From: Takakia lepidozioides | Taxonomy: Eukaryota; Plantae; Bryophyta | Length of the DNA: 64,000 nucleotides | Direction of reading: 5' to 3' | Assembly: GCA_030704615.1 (NCBI GenBank) | Contig: CM060734.1 | Span: 28,148,001 to 28,212,000 of the forward strand | Part shown: positions 47,801 through 60,200 of the stretch, piece by piece | How positions within the stretch are numbered: the first letter of the stretch is position 1 | How the letters are laid out: every line of letters begins with the position of its first letter | Program-made: the position numbers and the translations under genes | Notes under the pieces: generated by a model | Databases searched by the model: none | What the model was told of the DNA's origin: nothing | Seen by the model: the letters and a program-made list of their open reading frames with translations, nothing else

Positions 47801-49099
47801 ATGTGAGCATAGTCATAGCTAAAATCATGGCTAAGAAACAGCTAAGGTCACGGAGGGGGGGCGGAGCAACCAACGGGAAGAACCGGCAGCCAGTTACATG
47901 CTAGCCGACTGAATTCCAGAATTTCCGAATGAAATATGAAACCTCAGGAAATGGATCGGAGGGAAAAAATGGCCGAAGCGGAAATCAACCGGGTGCCCTA
48001 CTTTTAGGAAGGATATTTGCCTTTCCATTTCATTACAGATTGGAAATCTGCCTTAGTTGGCAAGGCCTGGACGGATTTGGCCCTTCTTATATTACAAATG
48101 GCCGTCGAAGTCCGCCACATGGCAGAAATCCAACGTGCCAGGCCGGGTTACATCCGAGGAAGGGCGTTTAGGTGAAAAAAAATATTGAACTCAAGAGGGC
48201 GGGGCCCGCGAGCAAACCCTACTAAGTCGTTGCTCTCGCAGCCCCCAGCCCCACGCCTGCTTGCACTCGCTGCCTGCTATCACAACTCACCTGTCCATGC
48301 GGGTTCAATTCTTGGCCTCCATGTGGTTTGAAGGCATTGACAGGTCCAACTTCTATAAGGATACAATGTTCTTCACTTGTTTGCCAAAGAGAAATTGGGC
48401 CCTGATGATATTTTCTATAAGGGACATGAAGCGTGGAAATACTTACATTGTTCCAAAGTCATTGGCACACCTCTTACCTATACGGCCAAGGAGTTCAGGG
48501 AGTTCACACATTTTGCTTGCAAGCGATTAAAGCAAGTGGTACAGTTTAAGCTTTCAGACATGGTGGGCCAACACTGTATGCCACGCAGGATTCCTGAGGA
48601 GCCACTTAAAGTTCGGCCACCGAAACACCTCAGGGGGGAAGATGATTCTGATACTACTGGTTCTTCAGAGGAACCTTTTGACATGGCGGAGGACTATGCA
48701 CTCTAGATGGAGAGCAGAAAAGAAACGACGGGGAGGATTCCTATGCCTAGAGGTTACCCTCGTTATTCAAACCAAGGAGGGTCAGACATTTCCATTGTGG
48801 CTCAATCGCCTCCCTTAGCAAGTGACAGGGCTCGAGCTCGCCACAGAGCCCTTCAAGAGACTCTCACCGACAAAAGTTGCTCGCTCATAAAGGTGTTTAT
48901 CCTAAACAGTAAACGTGAGGACACGGTTTGGGAGAGGGGGAGGGGTAGTTAGAGGGCGTTTGGGACTTAGACACTTTATGCTCTGTGGGGACCCTTAATT
49001 TTTGCGCAGACTAACGGATGGTGGACTTAGACCAACGAGGCCTAGGGTGTTGGGTGACAGGCACAAGCTTTAGGGGTGGTAGATAGGCTTACACACTCA

Positions 49100-49320
49100 G
49101 TACAGTTTACTCAGTCTGTCACAATCAATCACAGCCTATCACAGTTATGTCAAGTCTATCACAGCTCGGCATAGCTTCCCACAGCCAGTTCACAGTGACA
49201 TAGCACGACACAGCCCGACACAACTTTACACAGCCAGTTACAGTCCGACACAGTCAGTCATAGCTCGGCACAGTCACAGCCGGACACAGCTGCACAGGCC
49301 GTCACAGCGTACATAGGGAA
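49100..49320. repeat. Degenerate CACAG-rich minisatellite
   Basis: Repeated cacagc/cacagt words at roughly 10-bp spacing. Confidence 0.5.
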
Positions 49321-49560
49321 CGGTTATCATAGCAGGGAACGACATCTGCAGAGGGAACGGTTACTTCAGGGGTGACAGTTAGTTAGTTAGGCGGTTAGAA
49401 CAGCTTGCAGGTAGATTAGGAGCGCAAAGCAGCAAGGCAACAGGAAAAGGGATCACTGTTCAGGGAGCACTTCTTGATCGTGAGAAAGGAGATCAGGCAA
49501 AGAAAAAAGAACAGGAACAAGAACCAAGATGGAGAGATGATTTGATCGATGCATGAATCA

Positions 49561-50029
49561 TGCAAGCTGTAGAATCGTACTGTAGAACAGAAGTACTGCA
49601 GACTCTATTGGTGCAGACTCTATTGGTGCAGACTCTATTGGTTCAATCGCGGCAGAAGGATCAGCTTCATTCCAATGTTTAGGCATGTAAAACCGTGGAA
49701 TATACTCGATACAGGCCAGTATGCGACGTCCTTTGCTGTGGTATACTAGTTTTCTCGTTGCACGGTCACTCATTCCATGAGAGGATCTAAAAACCATGAG
49801 CGGAATTGTTACTGACGACAATCTTCGGCCGCATACAGGATTGGAACTTCCAAAAACGGCAAGGTCAAATAAAAACTATTATTTAAAAAAATAGAATCTG
49901 CCGCATTTCCCAATTTGGAGGAGTCCGCTAATGGAAACCGCGTGTCTTAGACTTCGGCTCACCACTCATGCGGCTCATGCGGCTCATGGCTCATGGCTCA
50001 TGGTTTCTGCTCATGAAATAGTAAACCTC
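49561..50029 (+). mobile_element. Right end of an A-type element (subterminal region + TIR)
   Basis: 49575-49830 is homologous to 34470-34695. Half palindrome CCGCATTTCC at ~49901, GCTCATG repeats, and terminus CTCATGAAATAGTAAACCTC. Confidence 0.8.
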
Positions 50030-50759
50030 AAACGTGGCAAGGCCAAGGGTTAGGCCTTTGGATAGCAAGCAGCAAATACCAAGGGGTATTCTCAGAGCAA
50101 GGGAATCCTTAGGGAGTGAGTATTTGGGGGAGGGAGCCACACGCTTGTTCTTGATAAGCAAGACTAAGAGCATAGCATGCTATGGTACTCCTTAGCAAGT
50201 AGCAAGATGAGGAGTCAACCATCACATCACCGCATTCACTAAAGGCATGAACAGAATCAAGACACAAAGAACGAACAAGGAATTTTGTGACAAGACCCCA
50301 CCTCTCTGTTTTTTTTTCCTTGCCCTCTCTCTCTCTATCGGGCTCTCTCCTTCTCTCTCCCTCTCTTTGTGCTACTCACCAAAAACAAAAAAAAAACCGG
50401 AATTGTGATTGTTACCTTCATCGAGACCGTGATGCACATGTGATGCGTTTGTGTAATTTTGTGGATATTCCATTAATATTTCCACTCCTTGTGATTTACA
50501 TAGCGTAGAGTCTGGTGCCAATTTGATCACTTGCTCTAGTTGCACGTTGTTGCTTTTGTGGGAGTCGTTTGACACAAAACCTAAGTCGTAGCAGTCGTAA
50601 CATCCATTTCAGGATCAGAGAGGGAGAGGAGAGAGAGAGAGAGAGAGGGGGGGAGATGATTGCAAGACCATTGATGAATCATAGAAAAATAAGCTACAAT
50701 ATGCATGTACATGTACAATCAATCGAAGGGATGGATTACAGTTCGGGTGCGAGAATTAT

Positions 50760-51460
50760 TATGTAGCTTTGATTACGTGTCTAATCAACTGAACGTCATC
50801 ATCCGGAGCTTCTTCATCCTCATCAAGCTGCAAGTCTTCTTGGTCATCGGAGTCATTGTTATAAATGGCCCGGCCTTCAAAAGGCACCTCCAAATCATCC
50901 TCCACCTCGTTGTCAATGGCAGTGTCTTCATCTCCTTGTCCAACATCCGTATCTTTTGGAGCTTCATCATATAGGGTCTGGGAGCATTTCCGGGGTGTCA
51001 TCATCCTCTTCTACCCCTCTACCAACTCCATCATCAGCATCATTATGGACCAGTCCGTCCCTCACCATAATGCCTCACCCCGTGGAGATCCAAGACCATG
51101 ATAGATACGTCTTCCTCTTGGCTGAGCATGCAAACCACCTTCCAATTTCCCCCTCTTGTTTTGTTATCGAAGAAGAAAACTTGCTCCATGTCCGAAGGAA
51201 ATGCAAAAGGCTCATCGGAGGGACGATGAGTAGGGTTGAGCCTATCTGCATTGATGCACATGAAACCACAATCATCTCGCACTAGTGTTGCGGAGGGGCA
51301 CCCCAAGATTGCTGTGGAACCATTTCCCTGAGAGAAGAGGCCATACCTGTAACTGAAGTTGGAATAAGGTCTCAAGCTCTCCCATGTACTCAAGTTTGCT
51401 CATAGCAGGTCGTGTATCTCCCTTGCCCCACACGGAGGCTTGCCAGTATATTCCACAAAG
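50760..51460 (-). pseudogene. CACTA/En-Spm transposase C-terminal remnant (DUF4216-like)
   Basis: YMGELE...GKWF...RDDCGFMCIN...SDEPFAFPSDMEQVFF...NWKVV followed by an acidic tail. Resembles the TnpD C-terminal DEPFxxxxQxxQVF..W.VV motif. Confidence 0.65.
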
Positions 51461-51649
51461 TTTAGGGTTTAGAGAGTAGTACTCATGCAAGATCTGATTG
51501 TGGCTTTGGAAGGAGTGAGTAATACTAGCGAAGTTCGGTTTTGACCATTCACGCCCAAATGAGGGAGAGGCTTTGTTGGTTTGTTGTTGTATTGTATAAA
51601 GGAAAGACATAAGGGTTGTTGATTCGGGTCATAATGGGATGATTATATG

Positions 51650-53538
51650 TGGGGGATGTGGGGTATTCTGGTTCCACCGGCCACACTGGGGAAGCCTCTG
51701 GCATTGTTGGTACTTGGGTTTCCACGCAAGTCATAATGTCATGCTGCAGAACCAAAACTGGGTAGTTGTCGCTCGCAAACTTTGCATGGACAAATCTTCC
51801 TGTAAAAGTAGGAGCAGGAAGCCCATCTGGATTTCTTCCTTATATCTCCTAAAAACGTTGTTGTGTATCACTCGAATTGCGGAATACCTTGCCTCGAAGC
51901 CGGGCCTTGTGCCAAGCAATTCTCCACTGTGACCAGACACAGTCGGTTCCACAATGGCTTGGCCATACTGCATAACAGCGGGCAGAATCTGGGGCAAGCG
52001 AGCGGTGGGAATTTCTCGCACGGAATCCCCGCTTGAAGGCAATGGCGATCTGGAAACTCTGGGGCTTCCACTGCTGGAAAACACATTGTGCGGCAACATG
52101 ACGGGACCTCAAGGTGCTGTCCAATGTTCCTGTCGGCTCTCAGGAATCCTCTGCGCACCCGGGTTCCTCTTCAATCCTCTGCCTCAAGGGTGAGTACGGA
52201 CGTCCCCCTCTAGGTGTTCACCTCTACAGTGCAGAGGCGTCCTTGATCTTCTCTCGCTATGTTGTTGCCCATTTCAGTGGATTCTTCGACCTCGAAGCTG
52301 TTCATACCCAACAATTCCTCTCTGTCGGCCCAAGCCCATTGTTTACCGCTCTCAAGAACTTGTAGTACGTGGCTTTGCTACATGAGTGCTCTATCGATGT
52401 CCTCCGTTGTGGCCATCACTACGTCCACCAGATGTGCGCGGCAGAAGACGCTCCCAGAAGGAGTGGACTGATTTGACATATTCGTGTTCGGCATGTCCGT
52501 GTCGGAATCCAAGCACCGCTCCTACAAGGACAAAAACAATGGTGAGGGACCAATGCAAAGGTCCGTAATAGAACGACAATTGCACGAAAAGTCTGGCATC
52601 ATACCTCCCGCATGTACTGTCCGAACTGTCGATACCGGAAATGCCACCACCCCAACCAGCTGTGCAAGGCTCCTAGATTGGTTGTCTCCACTGCACCTGA
52701 CGTGTTCCACCAAGCCTCGATGATAGCAAACTTTACCTCCGCGTCATCAAATGTGGGTGCATCCTTCCACGCCGTACAAAGGACACGGTGTTCAGCCTGG
52801 AATGAGCTAGCAACAAATTTGGTAGTGTAGTGAGATAGACTTTGCATCCAATGGAATCCACATGATCTCTCTTTCCCCTCCCTGAAATTGGGCTCTCGCA
52901 AACCCGCCCTTGCCATCTGCTTGTTTATGCCCTCCCACAGATGCATCTCCGACTGTGTGTCCTCCCCTTTCATCTCGCACATTGCAATCGTCATGAGCCT
53001 CTTGGAGTGATAGTCATAAACATGTGCACCCATAGTCACCCACTGATGGTTTGTAATTCGCTTGATGTGATCAAACATCACCCAAACATTCGACAAGTTT
53101 CCAGTTGTCATGCGAGTGACCAAGTCGACTCCACTCCCAGGCCCACATGTTGACATTTTAAAAATGTAACAACGATCGGATTCGCTGCCTTGCCCTGGAA
53201 ACCTGCTACCTTGGATGTAGTCATATCTAATCCTTCGTTTCACCTCCAGGATTGAGTGCATGTCCGACCCCCGGCCAAACTCTTGCTTGCAAGATACGAT
53301 GTGATTCCGCACATTTGGACTACAAACGTGCGAGACGGACTCCAACAGGTCAATCATCTCGTCTTTGTTCAAGGGCACTTGGTCTGAACCATCTTCAGAC
53401 ATGATTTTACCAAGAGCAATCTTGTGGGCTGCTTTGAGCTGAATCTGCTTTGGTCTGGCTCTGAGGCTCCATTTCACCTCCTCTTTTATGATGTCGTGTG
53501 CTTCCTGCACAGCCTCCCGGATGTTGCCTCTCGCCAAG
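51650..53538 (-). pseudogene. Second A-type transposase copy (element D), 3'-truncated and interrupted by element C
   Basis: Close match to 11915-12560 plus 32290-33520. In-frame internal deletion at ~52880 and many indels in the 3' half. Confidence 0.85.
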
Positions 53539-53760
53539 GGGGGCTGCTATTTCATGAGCGGCATGAGCATGAGCGGAAAAAAAAAAAAGCATGAGCAGAC
53601 CATTGTGAGTCCACGGAAATAGGGTTAGGAGGCACGGAAATAGGGTCATGTGAAGTTGGAATGTGGCACCAGTGGACTTGAAATGCAACATTTTATTGCA
53701 AATTTTGTGGCAAGCCACGTCTATACAAGTGTGTTCTAACTGTCATAGCCGGAATGGGCA

Positions 53761-56700
53761 CTACTCTCCTACACCCTCCGAGGAACTTGCCCCACCTTCT
53801 TCCTCATCCCCCCCATCCCCCTCATCCTCCGAGCTCTGTGATGCATCAGTTCCACTATGCCTCTCAAAAATCTCGTCCTCTCCTTGGGGGACTGTCCACC
53901 TCACCTCCTGGGAATCTTCTTCGTCTTCTCCCCCACTTTCCTTAGCAGAATCCAAGACAAATCTACGAGCCCGACGGGCTCTAATAGCTGCTGCCTCCTC
54001 CCTCATCTTCATTTTCTTGAGGCTTGCCTCGTCTAAAATCTGTTGTACACGACTAGGTTCGGAACACCTCCTAATGGACACCGAAGCAAGCCGGGCAGCA
54101 TAAGTAGGAAGGATGTACTCCCTTTCTGGACTAGGCATGAAATCCCCCCTGGCAAAAAAAGGCACGTTCCTCCTGCCCATGAACTCCGGTGTAGACGTCC
54201 CTCCGGCAGTACTTGGCATCCTACAGTAAGAACAAATCCACTTCAAGAATGTCAATACCAGCACAACCAGAAAGGGTTTTCAATGAAATAAAAGAGCAGA
54301 GGGAGGTGCCTCACGAAATCTGGAGGCAACTTACAATGCCACCACTCACTCGTAAACCGGGGGCTCCTCGGCCTGATCCCAACTTCCTCCCCCTGCTCCT
54401 TCTCGGATTTTTCCTCATCCTCCGAGGATGCCTCTTCCTTTTTCGGCAGACGTTCAGCTGCTGCAAGTTCCGAGTTGTGGAGGGCAGTATCTGGCTCGAA
54501 GGCAAACACATGCCTGTCGGACAACGTCCCTGCCCACATTGAAGCACCTGAGGAACAAAGCGGGCGGTTAATAGCTTGCGGCATGCAATTGCAATCGGGC
54601 CAGGGGAGAAACTGATCACGTGAAGGCTTACCCGTGCCGCATGTGAGGTCCAGAATCCGCCCTTGGACATCCGAGCACGTCTCCATGAGGGTTTGGATGA
54701 AAGCAGGGCTCCGGGTCCGGCTGTACCGCCACGGTTTGCCTGTCTTTGTGTCCTTCGGCATACTGGAGTGGGGCACATAGTTGTAGAGGACATCGTAGGT
54801 TACAGGGTCCACAACGGCATCAACAAGACGACCGTCATTGCGGAATTTGAACGTAGACCCTCTCTTCACAAAGCAATATGCCTCAAACACCAATGTCTGC
54901 ACATCCAACAAAGAAGGGATCAACTCCAGGGTCTACTTAACATACACCACAATATGAAGTGAATGCAATAGATTGATAACTTACACTTTGGCCCTCTGTT
55001 CGCAACCCCTGTGTACTGATGCAGAACCATTTTCTGAGGAGGACCGGGGTGACACTTTTGGGTGTCCACCTTGCCACCGCATTCTCTGTGGTCTTCCCTC
55101 TCGTGGCAAGGACAACCACACATCCACCGTCATCCAGAAGCATCCCCGCCAGCCCAAACCCGGCTTTCCAGTAGTCCTCAGTAAACCTGTTCCAGGTGGG
55201 CACACCATCCAGGCCCTCCAGCAACTCCCCATCTGGAATGTCGAGGAGAATCATATTGCAAGCTCTCTCCACCTCAAACCCCCCCCCCCCCCCGAGTGCT
55301 CTTGCAATTCGTGCTCACAGCCGTGAAGAATTCCATCATGGCTTCAAAACCAGGGGTGTCTTTAGGCTTTGTACCGCCAGCCCTCTTCTTGGCTTTCCCC
55401 TTCTGCTCCGCCAGAGACTTGCTGTGTGCCACCTTCTTCGCCCTGGCAGCGAGAGCGTCAAGGAAGCTCTCATTGACGCATTGGATGATGGTTGGAGGTT
55501 CTAGCTTGGGCCTGTGTGTAAACGTCACCGCCGAATACCGCCGTGTAGGCTCGCCCTCAAATGCCAACTTCTTGGCAGAGCCAATCCCACTCCGAACTGA
55601 CTTGGGAACCCGGACGACCGGTGACTGGGTAGGAGCAACAGCAGTTGCAGGACCTTGAACAAAGTCGTCATCCGAGTCACTCTCTTGGGTCCCCTCTTGC
55701 GCCTCCTCCGATGCCCCGATGGTTTTCTTCTTTTTGGGTGTTACTGCACTCACCTGTTTCCTTGTCCTTTTCCTTTGGCCTTTACTCTTCTCATGCAATT
55801 TCTCCTGAATTCTTGCCTGAGCAAGCTCTGCCGCTTTCCTGGAATTCGCAAGCGCTTTTGCCTCTTTTGCACCCAACGGAGGCAGCGGAGCCCGGTTTCG
55901 TCGGAATTCAGCATCCAGCTTCAATTGAAACTCGGATGGGTCGAGCGAGCCAGGCGGAAGGTCCACATACCAAGGGCAATCACGCAAATGTTCCAGATGC
56001 CACTCCTTCACAATATCGTCAGTGTACATGGAGTCAGCCCCGGGGTTCCTCCATGCCAGGAAGAATGGTGGCTCGAAAGACAGATGACCTTTCTCCAAAA
56101 GGGAGAACTTGCAGTACCTGCATTCATGAAAAACACAATGAGGTCCTTGAAATGCATATTCGGCACCATTTTCCCAGGTTGGGGCGGATGTGAGTGGGCC
56201 TAGAAATGGAAAAATGGCACCGAATTTCGGTGACTGCCACCCTAGGGACTTAGCCATCTTGGGAGCCCTGAACTGGAAATTCGGCGCCATTTTTCCCGGT
56301 TTGGCCCGAAGATGGCTAAGTCCCAGAACCGTAATAGGGCTTAGAACTGGAAAAATGGCGCCGAATTTCCAGTTCAGGGCCAGCCACCCTAGGGACTTAG
56401 CCCGAAAATGGCTAAGTCCCTGAACGGCAATAGGGCCTAGAACTGGAAAATGGCGCCGAATTTCCAGTTCAGGGCCAGCCACCCTAGGGACTTAGCCCGA
56501 AAATGGCTAAGTCCCTGAACGGCAATAGGGCCTAGAACTGGAAAATGGCGCCGAATTTCCAGTTCAGGGCCAGCCACCCTAGGGACTTAGCCCGAAAATG
56601 GCTAAGTCCCTGAACGGCAATAGGGCCTAGAACTGGAAAATGGCGCCGAATTTCCAGTTCGGGGCCAGCCAGTCTAGGGACTTAGCCCAAAAATGGCTGT

Positions 56701-57290
56701 CCCTGAACGGCAATAGGGCCTAGAACTGGAAAATGGCGCCGAATTTCCACTTCAGGGCCAGCCACCCTAGGGACTTAGCCCGAAAATGGCTAAGTCCCTG
56801 AACGGCAATAGGGCCTGGAACTGGAAAATGGCGCCGAATTTCCAGTTCAGGGCCAGCCAGTCTAGGGACTTAGCCATTTCGGAGCCCTGACTGGAAATTC
56901 GGCGCCATTTTCCCTAACACCACATGAGGCCTCTAACATCCTGAAATGCAAGGACTTGAAAGAAAGGCAGCGCGTATGTACCTGTACAGAAGGCGCATTG
57001 CTGCTTTGTCCGCGTTCGGCTGGTCGGTGAACTCGTGGCTCCGGCGAGCATCTGCTATCTCCCGAAAGAATAGGTTGGTTTTGTAGAGCAGAAAGTACCT
57101 CGTCACATAGTCACGTAGGCTCTTTGCTGCAAGAGATATCTCCATCTTGAACTGATGTGCTTGTGTGTCCAGCTGCTCTTGCGCATTCGTCGTCACCTGT
57201 GGAGATTCTCCATCAGATCGCTTTCTTGAAAAAATACAATGAATCCACCCCCTACTAGAGTAGAAGCCCCAAACGAAGCGTGGGGAAGTA
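53761..57290 (-). CDS. Element C ParB-MTase gene, 3' exons (MTase-like domain)
   Basis: CNMILLDIPDG, ILDLTCGTG, ASMWAGTLSDRHVFAFEPD, RRNVPFFARGDF. Same exon structure as B. Confidence 0.78.
56150..56915. repeat. Intronic 95-bp tandem array (about 7 units, well preserved)
   Basis: tagggcctagaactgg recurs at 56431, 56526 and 56621 (period 95). Confidence 0.9.
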
Positions 57291-60200
57291 TGTCGCGGCC
57301 CTTTGCCTTGAGGGCAGGGGGTCGGGACACATGAGGGGCTGCCCCTGTGGTGGGGGCAGCGGCGGCGATAGGTATGGGGGGCTGAAGCACCCTTGAGTGC
57401 CCAAGGCACTCAAGGAGGCGGAGGCGCTCACTAGGTGGAGCCCCGCACACCGGGTTGCGGTGGAGGTGGCTCCACAAGGGGTGGTGGTAGCTTAGTGGGA
57501 CTTAGTGGGGGTGGCATAGGACTCACCATGGGGTGGAGACCTCGAGGTGGGAGTCGTGGGGAGTCTTGGGACTCATCACGGTCCATTGGGGCCGCGGTGA
57601 GTGGGCCAAGACTCACCGCGACTCACCACCGGGAGTCGAGGGTTTTCGTGGTGGTTCGCCATAAAATGGCATGGCTGGTTATGAAACCCCCGCGGACAGC
57701 TACAGAAGTATATATAGGGAGTAGTAACCCCGAGAACGGTGCAAGCCCGTTGGTGACCAAAAACTAGTGAGTAATCGTGCGAGCCGGAAAGCGACCAAAG
57801 AGTGGGGAGCTGTTCCGGACTGCCATCTACCAAAGGGAATTCTCCTAGTCCCAAATAGGTGGAGGGTTTTAGAGGAAGCGAACGGGGACCGTTATGTCCC
57901 GGTGAGTAGCCGAAACTCCAAGTTGGCCCGGCGGCCAGGTTGGGAGTCAGGCGCGCGCATCAAAGCGGTTAACTATGACTTGAAGGGGAGTTTACCGAAG
58001 TGAGGTGCGCGACATTTGGTATCAGAGCTTAGAGTTCAGTACGCGATCGTCCTTGGGATCGGCCTCATCATGGGGTCGGGCAAGCCGAAGCGAAAGCGGA
58101 ACGGCCCAAAAGATGATGATCCCGGTGAGCCCGATGGGGGCGACGTGTCACCGAGGCGGCCGTTTGAGGAAGCGATGAATGTTTCCGAAAACGAGGCCGC
58201 TCAAGAGCGGGAGGAATCCGAGGAGTCGGAGCCCGAGGAATCCTCGAGAGCTCCGACAAACCAAGAGATGCCTCCCATGCCAGCAGCCTTTTGGGAAGGG
58301 TTGTTGGCGCAGTTTGGCGGGCGTTGAAAGACGTGTTGAAGGCGGCTAATGCCACTTCCACTAAGGCAAAGTTTAAGGTGAAGCCTAAGGAACCCGGCAC
58401 CTTGAGGGCGTTCGAAACCGGAAGGCACTCAACACCTGGCTCCTGGAGCTAGAGCAGTACTTCCGGGCGGCCAAGTTGAGTGACGAGGATCGGGTGGAAG
58501 TGGCTCCCACCTATTTGAGGGGCTATGCTCAACAATGGTGGCAGAAACGCCTTCACGACCGAGGCCCAAGCCCGGAAACCTTGAACTGGAGTGAGTTCAA
58601 GGAATTGATGAAGAGACAGTTTGTGCCCCTCAACGCATCCTGGCTTGCCCGGGACAAGATGAGGAATTTGAAGCAAACAGATGACATTCGGGGGTATGTC
58701 CAGGCTTTCAATGTGCTGTTGCTCGAAGTCGCGGACATGGCAGAACCAGAAATGGTCTTCAACTTTGTGGCGGGACTGGCCCCATGGGCTAGGCGGAAGT
58801 TGGAGGAGAAGCCACCCAAGACTTTGAACGAGGCAATTGAGAGAGCTGAATGTTTCTCGGATGTCCCTAGGGGTGAGAGACAAGGCCGTACGGAGCTGAA
58901 CCACAAGAAGACCCGGCGGGAAGGTGACTCCTCCCGACCGGAAAAGAAGTGGGATAGGCCACGCGGCGAAAATGGCACGTGGAAATCGAAGGGAGGGCCT
59001 TCACACGTCAAGGCGGCACCCGGTGCTTCGAAAGGAAAAGCGGGTGGAGCGGCTTATGGCGGACAGAAGGCGACCTTTGATGGAGTGTGTTTCAATTGCG
59101 GGGAGCCCGGGCACATGGCCAAGAAGTGCACGAAGCCCCGGCAATTGAACATGACTCGGGCGACCACGGAGCTGTCGGAAGATACCATCAGTCGCTTGGT
59201 GGAAGCGGTAGTCGCCAGGACTTGCAAGGTAGGCAACTATTCTTGTGAGTTGTATCAGGAAACTGGCGCCTGCGTAAAGGGAGTCAGTTATTGTTCGTGG
59301 ATGGGATAATATCCGGAACTAACGTGTCGTTGTTGGTGGACACAGGAGCGTCGCACTCCTTCATGACGCCGGCGGCGGCGCGAAAGTTGGGACTCCCGAC
59401 AAGTGACGTGGGGGCCTCTATTGAGGTGCGCTCTGCCAAAGGAGAACCTCAGTTGGCGACAAGGTTGGCGTTTGATGTTCCTCTTCAACTGGGGAGTTGG
59501 GAGGGACGTGAGAACTTCACTATCTGCGAGATCGATGGAGTGGATCTCATTTTGGGGATGACCTTTTTGAGCAAATCCGGAGCGGTCATAGATGGCCGCA
59601 AGAGAGTAGTCACGCTGCCATGTGGGAATGGTGGCGAAGTTTTACGAGTGTCGGAAACGCCCAAATCCGTGGGAGGGCGAATAAACCTTCTGTCAGCAAA
59701 GGAGTGGGCCGTGGAGGAGGCACACGAGTCCCAGTTTTTGCTTTACATTAGAGAAGTGAAAGGAGAAGGCGATGGGGAGCCGAGCCCAGATTGGATCAAA
59801 GGGATTTTGGAGAAATACCAGGATGTGATGCCGGAGGATTTACCAAGCGGCTTGCCACCGCGAAGAGGAGTTGACCACAAGATTGAGGTGATACCGGGAT
59901 CGGAACCGCCTGCCAAGGCGCCCTACCGGTTGAGCCACAGAGAGTTGGTCGAGCTGAAGACTCAGCTCAAGGATCTAATGTCAAAGGGGTACATCCGGCC
60001 GAGTAAGTCACCTTACGGAGCCCCGGTGCTATTCGCAGACAAGAAGGATGGGACGCTGCGGATGTGTGTCGATTACAGGGCTTTGAATAAGGTGACTATC
60101 AAAAACCGGTACCCTTTGCCAAGGATCGACGACCTCTTCGATCGGTTGGCAGGAGCGAAGTATTTCAGCCGGATCGACTTGCGCTCCGGCTATCACCAAA

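Larger units (their letters stand above)
53539..57290 (+). mobile_element. Element C: B-type copy (GGGGG end) inserted in the element D transposase; continues past the nested retroelement and window edge
   Basis: GGGGGCTGCTATTTCATGAGC at 53539. Near-identical reverse complement of 28418-32262. Confidence 0.9.

Noticed and set aside
93-50029. Pairing the TIR at 93 with the TIR at 50029 as one intact element
   Set aside because: The flanks CCAAC and AAACG are not a clean TSD. The subterminal block is present twice in diverged form (34470-34695 and 49575-49830), which indicates two different copies.
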